The translations under genes and the position numbers were made by a program. DNA of 64,000 nt from the NCBI GenBank assembly GCA_001244265.2, contig CDLV01000012.1:1488001-1552000 (forward strand), given 5' to 3'. The stretch's first letter is position 1; each line of letters starts with the position of its first letter. The notes beneath the pieces were generated by a model. That model saw nothing but the letters and a program-made list of their open reading frames with translations. It had not been told where the DNA came from and made no database searches. Source of the stretch: Microbotryum violaceum. Its lineage: Eukaryota. Shown here piece by piece: positions 51,343-62,810 of the stretch.

Positions 51343-51638
51343 ACTCGCGAAACCCTCATAGACGGATAGTACCATTTTTTCTGCTTCTCACCTTCTACCT
51401 CCAGCACTGTTGTTCGGCATTTTACCCTGTACTTTTAGTGTAACACAGCTCTGAATTTTTGAATATTTTCACGGTGTCGCCTCCTAAACAAATGATTCTC
51501 ACCTTGTCTAGCTACCTATCTACATCTACATTTGTTCACAAGTCTACATCTACTTACAAGATTGCACCACAGAACACCATCAAATAAAGATCTCAGGCTC
51601 GCCCCGAGCCCTCGTACTGTTCCTTAAAAGCTCTCTGG

Positions 51639-52445
51639 TAGGGCTGGGTCACTAATTGTTTTGGCCCTGTCACTAATAGGTGAGAAGTCGGACCCTCGGT
51701 CACTTATTATTGTCATTGTCACTTATGTCACCAGATTTTCGCCTGTCACTAATGCTACTAAGTCCAATATTTGGTCACTAATGTCACTAAGTCCAACACT
51801 TGGTCATTAATGGAACTGAATAAATGAAAACGTTGTACATCGGAGGACTAGGTCGTTGACATCGGCTACGATCATGGTTGTCGCTTTGAGGTTCGGTTAT
51901 TGGGACGCGGATAGTCGAGATAGAACGGAATCGAAGAAAGGCATGAGGCAAAGCGAGGATTATCGCGTCAAGAGCGTATGCGTCGGCGGACCAGTCGACG
52001 GCAGCCTGCAGGCCACCGGCGTGCCGGGGCCCACGGCCCACATGCCCACAGCTAAGAAGCATATCAAAACTTAAGAGGCGCGTGGGCCGGAGTCGTGACC
52101 CGGCATTTTCGTGTTCGTAAATAGCATTCCAGACTTGTCATTCACATTCCAGGGTCGCCATCAGGTACAAGCAAGTAGACCGGGTCTAGACCGGTACCTA
52201 GTACCTACCTAGGTACTTAGTGACATTAGTGACAACGACTTCTGGGACCCCCCTGTCACTAATTGTAATTGTAATTGTAATTGTAATTGTAATTGTAATT
52301 GTAATTGTAATTGTAATTATAATTGTAATTGTAATTGTAATTATAATTGTAATTGTAATTTCAATTGTAATTGTAATTGGTAATTGGTCACTAACTGGTC
52401 ATTAATGTCACGTCACTAATGTCACCTATTAGTGACCCAGCCCTA
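51639..52445. mobile_element. Non-autonomous hAT-type DNA transposon (MITE), 807 bp
   Basis: Perfect 18-bp TIRs: TAGGGCTGGGTCACTAAT (51639-51656) and ATTAGTGACCCAGCCCTA (52428-52445). Flanking 8-bp direct repeat CTCTCTGG / CTCTTTGG (7/8 match). Many subterminal GTCACTAA-like motifs. No transposase ORF. Confidence 0.88.
52261..52385. repeat. (AATTGT)n microsatellite, about 20 units, inside the MITE
   Basis: Read directly; includes a few variant units (AATTAT, ATTTCA). Confidence 0.95.
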
Positions 52446-52688
52446 CTCTTTGGCCCATGCCGCTCCGCACCGGCTCACTCGCGCGTTCGCCTCCGTGCGC
52501 GCGGTGACGCCGGGTGACGCAACTCGACGCAACCGACTGAAACTTATCGACTCTAGAACGCGTCAATCGGTCTTCTGGCTCCCTAACCCCACAACTCTTT
52601 CCTGGCTCAAGCACCTCACTCTTTCTCGTCAATCCCCGCCGACAGAGCGACTACAAGCTTGTATCTGCTCGACCAAAGCAGCCTCGGT

Positions 52689-55600
52689 AGTAAGTGCTAC
52701 TCGCTCCTTCGTCACCGGCCTATACGTCCCTCACGTTGGGCCTGCATTCCTTGTGCGAAGCCACTCCGACGAGGCGGTCGTCGACCGCAGCGTGCACCTC
52801 AATCGTAGCTCATTAATCGATGGTTGCTATCGCCCCGCAGTGCCAACACGCCTCGATGCATCGCGTCCTCGAGCGAGCTCAAAGCCTCCTGCTGCCTCAG
52901 GTTTGAATGGACCAGTGAAATCGAGTCGACCCACGCCCGTGACCCTGCACGATTTGCCCGAGAACGAGGATGAATGGGAGCCGGAGAATCTCGAGCCCGC
53001 CCTGACTCGCGAGGAGCTGCGGCACAGCATTCAGACGTGGCAGGAGGAGCTCGGACATCGTGGGAGGCCTGTCAGTGGTCGTACTATGTAAGCTTCAGTC
53101 ACCTGGTTGTCCTCTACGTCCTCGCCGCGTCGCGTGTGCCTGAGCCATGGCTACGAGGGCAGCGCAACCTTGCTCGCTGACCCGACACTGCCAGCTCGTC
53201 TCTTCGCGCTGTCGGCTTCACCCCCACCTCTCCGGCGTCCATCGCGCTACGGCCGAGGCCCGATCAGAGAGGAGTCAAAGTCGGCAGGAATTAGTTGGCT
53301 CTGCGTTTGTTGAATTCTGTCTTTGAACAGGGCTGGCTGGAATTGATGACTTTCAAACATGTCCGGTAGTCCTCGGCTCTAGTACGATTTGTTTGCTGAC
53401 CCTTGACCTGCTGTTGCACACTGGCGTTCACAGCGTTGTGGTTCACTCGTTGCCCTGTGAGTCCCTCGTTGCCGCTCACTCGTTGGACTGTGTGGGTCTG
53501 AAAGAGATGGCTTAACGTAGTGCCTCTTGTTTGCCATGTTCGCATTCCCGGCTTTGCCTAGACGCTTGCACGCTCCACCCCACCAAGTCCCATTCGACCT
53601 TATTCGACGCCCAGGTCATTGCCGACGACAAGGACGAACCCCTGCTCGCCTCGGGCGCTCAGACGCCTCTCGAAATGCGCTCGGGCGATCCTTTGCTTCG
53701 CACTCGCGCTCTTCACTCGCCACCTTCTGCACGCCACAAGACACCGCCGAGCAACTTCCCCGAGCCCGCCAAGTCACTGCGTCCATCTTTCCACCCGCCT
53801 TGCCCTCCCTCGCGCGCGCCATCTCCCGATTCCCTACACGCAGCCGCCCTGGACATCCTTGAGCCGCAGCAGCAGAGGCACCGTTGGGTCTTACATCCTC
53901 GTCGCGGCCACGCTGCACTCAACTCGGGGCTTAAGAGCCTGACAGATGGACCTCTTGTTGTTGTTGGTCGACCCGATGACTTGATCAAGGCCGACGGGGA
54001 GGCTCTAAGGCAGGCTGAGCTCGGTGAGACGGAAAAGAAGGACCTCGAGCGTGGTCTGCGCAACATGGCCGGCACATCGAACGCCGCAATCGGATGTGTG
54101 CCTGTTTGGCTCGATGACAAAGTCCACTCTGGTGCGTGATCCTCTTTTCGTGTGTTGAACGCGTTGAGAATATCGAAGCGACTGACCCACTCTGAGTGGC
54201 TCATTTGCACACGAGTTCAGACTTTTACGAAGGCTACTGCAAGACCGAATTGTGGCCAATCTTTCACTACCTCGCCCTGTCTGATACGCTCGACAAGAAG
54301 ACTGAGGATGCGGCGTGGCAGAGTTATTACGAAACAAACCTTGTCTACGCTCGCAAAGTCGCAGAGACGTATGTCCCTGGAGACTTGGTGAGTTGACCCG
54401 CGCCTCGTTCATCCGTTGTCGCCGCCGAGAGTTTCGGAACTGACTTAGTTTGCGCCGTAGATCTGGGTGCATGACTACCACCTGTTGCTCGTCCCGCAAA
54501 TGCTTCGCGAGTTGCTGCCCAACGCGTCGCCTTATATTTCCCTTTTCCTGCATTGCCCATTTCCTTCCTCGGAATATTTCCGGAACCTTCCTCGTGCGTT
54601 GCCCATCGATTTTCTGGATCGTGGTCCTACCAATTAGATTGTGCACTGACATGTCGCTTCGTGATGCTCGCTCGCACCAGGCCGCGAATCACTTCTCGAC
54701 GGAATGCTCGGCTGCAACCTCATCTGCTTCCAGACCCACTCTTATGCTCGCCACTTCCTTTCGTCGTGCGTGCGCGTCATGGGCTATGAGGCCGGATCCG
54801 GTGGGGTCGATGCAAAGGGCAGCATCACTCGAATAGCGCATTGCCCGATCGGCATCGATGTCGAGAACGTTGAAATTGACCGGTACGGACCTTGTTGCGT
54901 CGTCGAGAGCTCTTGCTAAGCGACTGATTGCGATATTGACTCCTTGGCTGTATCATCCGGCAGACATGCACCCGGCGTCGCGCCAAAAGCCGAGGTGCTA
55001 CGTCGAATTTACGCCGGGAAGAAGATTATCGTCGGCCGCGATAAGCTTGACCCCACCAAGGGTGTTCTTCCAAAAGTATGTCAGCCCAAGGAATCAGCAA
55101 GCGTGTTTGACGAAGATTCTGACTTCCGGGTCGCCGGTCGCCACAGCTGCGAGCTTTCGAGCGCTTCCTTCAAACTTACCCGGAATGGGCGCACAAGGTT
55201 GTGCTCATACAAGTGACGTCGCCCAGCCCCGGCGACTCTCCTTCGCTGGCAACGAAAGTGTCCGAGCTTGTCGATCAAATCAACGGCGCTCATGGGTCGC
55301 TCGAATTCCAGCCCGTGCATCATTACCACCAGACCATCGAGCGAGATGTGAGTCAAGACAGTCACGAGGCGGGCGGTGGGCTCATCTGGCTCGCCGCGGT
55401 CACTGATTGATCGACTCTCTCCAACATCTGACTCATGTGTGCAGGAGTACTTTGCACTTCTCACCGTGGCCGACGTTGCCCTGGTCACGTCGATTCGAGA
55501 CGGCATGAACACCACGAGCATGGAGTACATTCTATGTCAAGCCGAGGCCAAAGGACAGTTAATCGTTTCTGAGTTCACGGGGGTGTCATCGCAACTCAAC

Positions 55601-57256
55601 AAAGCGATCAAAGTGAACCCATGGGACCTTGGTGTGAGTGCCGGGATCCACTTGCGGCCATATGGTGCGTTTTTAGAAGGCTCATCCTTCCCCCTCCGTG
55701 TCGTAGGGTGTCGCGCATGCGATCGAGTCTTGCCTCACGATGTCGACCGCCGAAAAAGAGCTGCGCCATGCGGCCCTGCATGCGACCGTATCGAGTCAAA
55801 CAGCCGCGGTCTGGGCCCACACGAATATCCTGAAGCTGCTCGAGTCATTGCAAGGAGAACAGGCTTCGCAGAACACATCTCCGCTGGACGTCGATCACCT
55901 CGTCTTGCGATTCCAAAGTGCGAAGAAGCGCCTTCTGCTCTTTGACTATGGTAAGTGTAGTGCTGTGTGGGTTCGCCCCTGGGCCTTTGAAACTGAATCG
56001 TAGCGCTTGTATACGCTTGCAGATGGGACCCTTACGCCCATCGTCAAGAACCCGTCCGACGCGGTCCCTTCTCAAAGCTTGCTCAAGTCGCTGCCGATCC
56101 TTACCGCCGACCCGGACAACGTCGTCTTCATCATTTCAGGTCGTGACGGAGACTTTCTCGAGCAACATCTAGGCCACATCCAGAATCTGGGCATGTCGGC
56201 GGAGCACGGTTGCTTCTTCCGAGCGCCAGGAGCGAAGAAGTGGACAAGTTTGACCGAGCATCTGGACATGGACTGGAAGCGGGACGTACTGCGGATCTTC
56301 CGATGTTAGTGGTGTCAGCACTCTCTTGATGGGGTTCGTATCTTAGTCTTCTCATTGGATTTTTCTTTGACACAGATTATGAGGCTCGCACACAAGGCTC
56401 GTTTGTGGAGAAGAAGGCAAGCAGTGTGACGTTTCACTACCGCAATGCTGATCCGGTGTTTGGGCTCTTCCAAGGTCCGTTCCTATCTTCATTCAACGGA
56501 TACAAATTATTACTGACTTATGTTGCTGCTATACTGGTATGTCTTCAGCCAAGGAATGTCAGGCAATGCTTGAGAGCATGCAAGAGAGTTTGCCTATCGA
56601 TGTGCTTGTGGTAAGTGCACTTCACATACTTCAAATGCTGGTCTTGGCAACTCTCTGAAAGCCCCGCACCATCAAACTACAGGGCAAGAAGAATCTGGAA
56701 GTCCGACCTGCGCACACAAACAAAGGAGAGATCGTCCAGCGCCTCTTATACCAGTATGCCGACACTGAGTTCTGCATGTGCGCTGGAGATGACAAGACCG
56801 ATGAGGACATGGTGAGTGGGACCAATCCGGCTTCTCTTCTATTCTGCTGGTGGGACTGATTCGTGACTATTTCGCAAATCAGTTCCACTCTATGGCTCGG
56901 ATCTTTAGCACCTCAACCCCTTCAAGCGGTCCTCCGCTCATCCCAGCCCCCGAGTCGCTTCTGCTCTTCCCTTCCTTGGGAGATCAAGCACGGTCTCGTG
57001 ATGGGGAGCTTCTGGAACCGCGCATTAGCCGCCTTGACCCTGCTTCGATGTTTATGATCGCGATTGAGGCCAAGGAGAGTCAAGGAGCTCGCATGACAAT
57101 GGCAAATGCTGTACTGGAAAGGTATGCTTATGCGGTCTGATGCTGTTCAGGATTCACAACAAGCTGAATAGTCTTGATTTGACATGATGATCCCACAGTC
57201 CTGAGCAAATGGTGTCTTTGCTGGAAAGGCTTGCCCGCTTTTCAAGTGCCCCCTGA
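52689..57256 (+). CDS. TPS2: Trehalose-6-phosphate phosphatase (GT20 domain plus HAD phosphatase domain), many exons
   Basis: GT20 motifs 'FYEGYCKTELWPIFHY', 'IWVHDYHLLLVP', 'FLHCPFPSSE', 'CPIGID', 'IIVGRDKLD', 'DGMNTTSMEY', 'VSEFTG..VNPWD'. HAD motifs 'LLFDYDGTL', 'ISGRD', 'SAEHG', 'GKKNLEVRP', 'GDDKTDEDM'. TGA at 57254-57256. Confidence 0.93.
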
Positions 57257-57539
57257 GCCCCTCTTCCAGCTTGTATATTACAGAGCTTGCTCGTCGAGCA
57301 TTGTTTGAGTGTATCTCTATTTGCTACATGCCACCTTTTGGCTTGTACAAGCAACTTGCGCGTGTCTGTAGCCTCACTCAAAAACCTGAAATGACCGAAC
57401 GAGCGCTTCAAACTTTCAGACTCCGAAGATTAGCTTTTACAAGTGGGAACCCTTTGATTTCACAGAAGGAGGAGATTCAAGTAGCGAAGATTTGGACACA
57501 AGATTTCCAGTGAAAGCACACAACATACGGTACAGCAAA

Positions 57540-59450
57540 GAAGCTATGCTTTGTTTCGCCAAAACGGCCTGCCCGTAGCTTGGTGCCCAAAATGTTGTCG
57601 CATAGCCGGTTCAACTTGGCTTCATACACTCGTGCAAGGTGATCCGGACGTTTGCATGCCTTGTCGTTCGGGCCCAGTGTATCCTTGATTTCCAGCCATT
57701 TGGGGTTGCACGACACCGTGATGAACAGCAAAGGCTTTCCACATCTGATCTGATCGCACGCCATCGCATCTTGGTAACGTTGCATGATCATGCGCGGGCC
57801 ATTCTTGAATGTCGAGCCCAAAATCACCGAACGTCGAATTTGACCCGGGGTCAAGCCTTTACATCGCCAGTGTGGTCTTGAGCCGTGGTGAGGCGTAGTT
57901 CTTTGATGAAACCGAATACAGAAGAGTCGATCGATCTCAGCTTGGGAGTATCCGTCCATTACGAAGTCGCGGAAGAAACACTGGGTACAATGCGGGATCC
58001 AGAAGTAGCCGTCGCGTTCGTTCAAGTAGTTCATGGTACATTGGGCACGGGAGACTCGGATTGATCCACCTCGACCCGGGCTCCTTGACCTTTGTCCTAG
58101 ATGTTCAAACATTCCATGTCAGTCTGTGCTAGCGTCTCAACAGACTGAAACATGTGAGAAAGAGCCGAGGGCTCTTACGTACACTATCACATTCTCTTCG
58201 TCGTCTTCATACTCACTGTCGCGGTCTTCGTCCTCCTATTCGTGTTCGTCATCCAGACCAAGACCGGCAAGTACCTCGCGCACCACGCGGAATTGGACAT
58301 TTTTGTCGATCTGCTCTTGTTTTCTGGCGATCGGCGACCCAGCTTGATTGGGCCCGCAAGGAGGAATCTTAGGGACGAAGCCATTTTCTCCTGCGGTGAA
58401 TAGTAGTAGGTAACAGAGAGGCATCGCGGACGGATGGAGCGAGCTGAGGACACCTTCGTACTTGGGCCGACCGTCTGGATGTCGATCACCGCGAGCCTAA
58501 GAGCAACAGGCCTGGCGGTCCACGATCTTCCGTGATGGTGTCAGAATCGCAGACAAACATTGCTACTTCTGTGCTTGACGTAGGAAGGTTGTGGGTGCGT
58601 TGGTCTAGGCGTGGTGGTAAGCCGAGGCGCAGGACCCACTCTTTGACCGTACCCCTGCGCGAGCTTTGGCTGATGCAAACTCCATCACAAAGTGATTGCT
58701 GCCCCCAGGTAATCTAGGATCATACAGCATACTACCTGGGTCTCACTTTCAGCGTGTTTCGCGTCTCGTTCCGCACCGTTCCGGTACGCAATATGGACTT
58801 GAGCTTGGTCACAGTAGATCTTTGTATGCGAATGTCTGCGCCGTCGATTCCAAGTCGAGTGTCGGTGGCCTCAGCGGGCTCGATGAGCCATGTTTGGGCA
58901 AAGGCTGGGCGTTGATGGACGGCAGGGATCAGGGCACTGAGTCGATGATAAAAGCGACCCAACACGCGAAACACCGGGGGTCGTATCGAGTCTGATCAAC
59001 GTGAGCAGCGAGCGAACTGAAGGACAGCGCGTTGTTGTATGACCGAACGTTCTCACGAAATGCTTTAGCTTCTGTGTGCATGGGAATACTCCACAGTTCA
59101 GTATGTGGGGTCCACTGCAGACGAATGCTTTTGAACGGAGCAATTAACTGCTATACGAGCCTTGGGCTGGGGATGGGGAAGCGGCCGCACCAAGTTGCCC
59201 TGCGAGCAGCACGAGCTCAAGTGTTTAGTCAACTTCATCCTTTCGCACTCCCAATGTCGAGCCTTGCAGCGGGTGTACACGGCCGTCTGAGGGCCAGGGT
59301 AGTCACGGATTGAAAATATGGGCTTGAGTGGTTTGAACGTGAATCGAGCCTTGCGCGCTCGCCTTTGTGCACGAGGGAGGTGGTGGTGGGACGAACTCAG
59401 CGTCACGTCGGGCATTGCGCTGATCATGCGGTTGGTCTTGCACGGCTGCA
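57540..59450 (-). mobile_element. Decayed, truncated Helitron (N-terminal part of the RepHel gene)
   Basis: Helitron motifs in the expected order across shifted frames: 'RCKARHWECE...SCCSQGNLV', 'AFRENVRSYNNALSFSSL', 'FRVLGRFYHRLSALIP...PAFAQ', 'DQRTHNLPT..EVA', 'HPSAMPLCYLLLFTAGENGF', 'VILGSTFKNGPRMIMQRYQDAMA..GKPLLFITVSCNPKWLEI..KRPDHLARVYEAKL'. Boundaries are approximate. Confidence 0.9.
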
Positions 59451-61859
59451 CGGCGGGCTTGTATACGGGTCGCAATAGTAAGATTGCTTGCATTGATGTC
59501 GTTATTTTGTTACCCGCGGAGGTTGATTCTTGTTGATCAGAGGGAGACGAAGAGGATGGTCGACCATCAGGCGCGCTCGAGGCGCAGGGTAGCGCCGTAC
59601 TGGGCTGTACTGGCCCACCTATGCGGGTCATATTAAGCAACCCAAAAAAACTAGGTCGCCGTTAACGCGTTAAGCCTGTTCGAAATCTGGCCCAGGAAAA
59701 CGTTGGTACAGGCATGGTATACCATCCCCCCCCCCCCCCCCCCCCCGGCCCGCGCCCGGAGGCAGAACAGCGGCTAAGTAGTGCACTTGCTAACTCGCCT
59801 ATGCTAATCGGCCCTTTGCCTCAGCACATGGCACTGCAGTGGCACCCCCACCTTCAAGCTTCAATCCTCCCCCACCGCCTTGCACTCATCGGCATCGCTT
59901 CAAGCATGGGCTCCCCGCAACATACACCGCCACTACCACAAGCAAATCCAGCGTCCCTAGTAGGGAAAGACAAGGGAAAAGACACCAAGACCAAGTGTGA
60001 AAAACTCACGAGGCGGATGAAGAAGAAGGCGGATGAAGAAGAAGGCGGCTGACACGATCATCGAGAGCGCGGCGACCACGGTACCAGAGGAAGGGGCGAA
60101 GAAGATTTTAAAAAAAAAAAAAAAGATGAGGCTATGGCCCGTGCGAGAACGAGAAAAGGAGCCAGTCTTGTCCCCGAAGAGCGAGGCGTTTGTAAAATCC
60201 TCCGGGTACGCTGCTGGCATTATGGTATAGTGATCAAAGATGATATGATAATAAAGGCTAAGGTATGACTAAGAGCTTTTAAGACACCAAGGCGAGAGAC
60301 ACGAGAGACTGCAGTGGGGATATAATCGAAAGCGAGACCGAGTTCGAGAACGAAACGCTTAGGTCAGAGACTGGAGACGATGCCAAACGAGACTTGAAAC
60401 ACGCAAAAAGTGAGAGCGGATTATGATTTTGTATGGGATCCTGGAAACCTTCCTGAAAACAAGAAGAAAACTCCCCTCAAACGTCCCGGCAGTTCAACCG
60501 CTGCTTTCTGTTCATTCCCCTTCACCGCTTCATCCGCACATCGGGCTCCGTCTTCCTTCCAAATCCTGCCTCACTGATCCCACCAATGCTCGTAATTTTC
60601 CGAGTCTTTGCGGCGCAGAAGTGAAGGCCCGCTCGAAATCACATCCTCTTCCTCTACCTCCCGTAAGCCGGTTTTAGCCTCCCTCCTCTCGTGGTCGCCG
60701 GGAATGACTCGTCGTTGAGACGCCCAAGTCCAGAACTTACTGCCGCTACGACTTCTATTAGCCTTGATAAATTGAAATAGCGGATGCGACCGGATCCCGA
60801 GTACCACAGTATTCACGGCAACCCAACAAGGCCGCGTCCGATACGTCGACCGACTCGGAGCCCTCCTCCATCGGAGCCATCAATCCCGAGCCTTGATTAC
60901 TACCTGTGGCAGTGCACCCAAGGCACGGGCGAACAACAGATGGTGTTGAATTGCATTCTGCCAAGCCTTCAAACACTTCGACTTCGGGCCGCCGTTTGAC
61001 GGGCTTGTCCGCCTTTCGCCTCGCGCCTTCGCCTCCTCAAGCCTCCACCGCGCCCCCTGTCCCTCAAGCCTCGACGCATGACGCTTGCGCCCAGCCTCGC
61101 TTCTCGACCCATGTGCACCATTGTCAACTCGTCCAAATCTTGGTCCGTCTTCCCGTCGTTGCCAGCTTTGCCTGCTCTGCCATGCTCGCCACCTCGCGCC
61201 TTTGCCAGGCTCTTGGCACCTTCGCCTCGGCGCCTTCGCAGCGCCCCCTTGTCACCCGAGCCTCGTCGCCTGATATACACAACCAGCCTCGCTCCATTGA
61301 CCTATGTGCGCCTTAGTCAACACGTCCACATCCTGGTCCATCCGTCCGGTCGTAGCCTGCTGAGCCTGCACGTCACCGCCCGTCTTTCGCCTCGGCGCCT
61401 TCGCCCTCGCAGCCAAGCCGCCGCCCCCCTGTTCGCCGCCTCCGCGCCAGCCTGTTCAACTCTCGCTCTCGCGCCGCCGTCTCCACGCCGGGACTTAGTC
61501 AATCTACCTCTCCTGTATTGCCGAACCAATGCCTCCGGTCGATCCGGTTAGCTACCGTCAGCTTGTCATCACCGTCTTCATGTTCCATTGGCCATCAGAG
61601 CATTGCCCATTCATGATGTGCGTCATTCGCAACCTGCATCTTGTCCCTCCGGACCTCGCTCACCAACACTTGATCATGGTAGATAAGTATCCCCTTGTGT
61701 CTGTCGTCCAACACGACACCTCTCAGCGCCCTGATGGCCCACTTGGAGTCTGGTCCTTGAAGCTTCACAACATGCCCGCCCAGTTTGCCGTGCACCCAAC
61801 CATCTACAGCTGGAGTATGACACAATGCAAGCCAAATGTCAAGCAATCATGTTGTCAAA

Positions 61860-62810
61860 CCTCCTCTGGTTGGCGGAAGAGAAAGCCGACTACGGGCAAT
61901 GGCCGCTGTTTCTTGGTGATCAAAGGAAAGCAGATGAATGGATGCTCAAGGACACCATACCAATTCTCAAGCTTCCTTTGTACATGGCCACCAAAGTAGG
62001 TTGATACTGGTTCCAAGCATAAGCAGTCATTGATGGCTAGTTGAAGTTGCTGATTAGGAAGCAAAACTGACAAAATTATTCCTCACCAATCCTCCATTCC
62101 TTCATTAGCAAAACCAACCGGAACAGGAGCACAAATGGACAGCCTGCAAATATGAACGTTGCCTTGCCATAATAGAAACATCTCACGGTGCTCCATCAAT
62201 CTCTCTCCATCAGCATCCGGCGGATTACCTGACATTGTGCCCGGTCATTGGGTGCTTGTTGAGGCCCGTCTGTCCGACCACACCTTCCGCTTCCATGACT
62301 AGCTGCGGCAATCTAAAGAAAGCATAGACGACCCAAACATACCATTGCTGGAACAGAACTTTGCCAATTGTTTGAAGGTGAGAGGGCGAAGCGACTTGTG
62401 TAGATCCCGCTTACCTGATAGGCTGACTATAATCCGCCAAGCTCATGATCACAGAACATTGTTCCTTTCCTCACGGCTCGGGCAGAAGGCCCCATCCCTC
62501 GTGTCACCGGAGGCAGTGACCAACCCACAATCCCGTACGCAGAGTGGGAGCAAGTGATTGTGAAACCGCAAGTTCCAAAGAAGGGGGACTTGATGCCTAG
62601 GACAGAGTTTACGTGACAGCCCAATGGCAACGCTTGCGACGTCTTCGTTTGTCAAACAATGGAAACATTGGTCGCGACGGTTGCGTTTCAGTCTGAATTA
62701 GACTGGAGCTGGAGCCCACTCAAGCCACTAAAGGATAACTTTTATGCTAACCAACGCGCATACATGTTAAACATGGTTAAACATGCTCGCTTGTGGTGTG
62801 ATACGGAGTT
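61860..62810 (+). pseudogene. Decayed Ulp1-like (peptidase C48) domain, probably transposon cargo
   Basis: 'PGHWVLVEARLSDHTFRFHD*L' (His at 62246, Asp at 62297, stop at 62300) and '*QPNGNACDVFVCQTMETL' (Gln at 62617, Cys at 62635) reproduce the H-D-Q-C order of Ulp1/SENP proteases. In-frame stops are present. Confidence 0.6.

Noticed and set aside
51640-51810. Spaced GTCACTAA repeats resembling a CRISPR or iteron array
   Set aside because: The repeats are 8-9 bp, irregularly spaced and in both orientations across the element, and the DNA is eukaryotic. They are explained as hAT subterminal repeats.
52220-52405. ORF with a poly-(Ile-Val) hydrophobic run that looks like a membrane peptide
   Set aside because: It is only the translation of the (AATTGT)n microsatellite inside the MITE.
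53343-53399. TGATGA...CTGA in the long second TPS2 intron as a possible C/D-box snoRNA
   Set aside because: Only about 55 nt, the CTGA coincides with the likely branch point, and I saw no terminal stem or rRNA complementarity.
59714-61560. Pro/Lys-rich and Ala/Pro/Ser-rich ORFs as host genes
   Set aside because: Low complexity, broken by homopolymers and stops, with no recognisable domain. Probably decayed repeat sequence, but not assignable.
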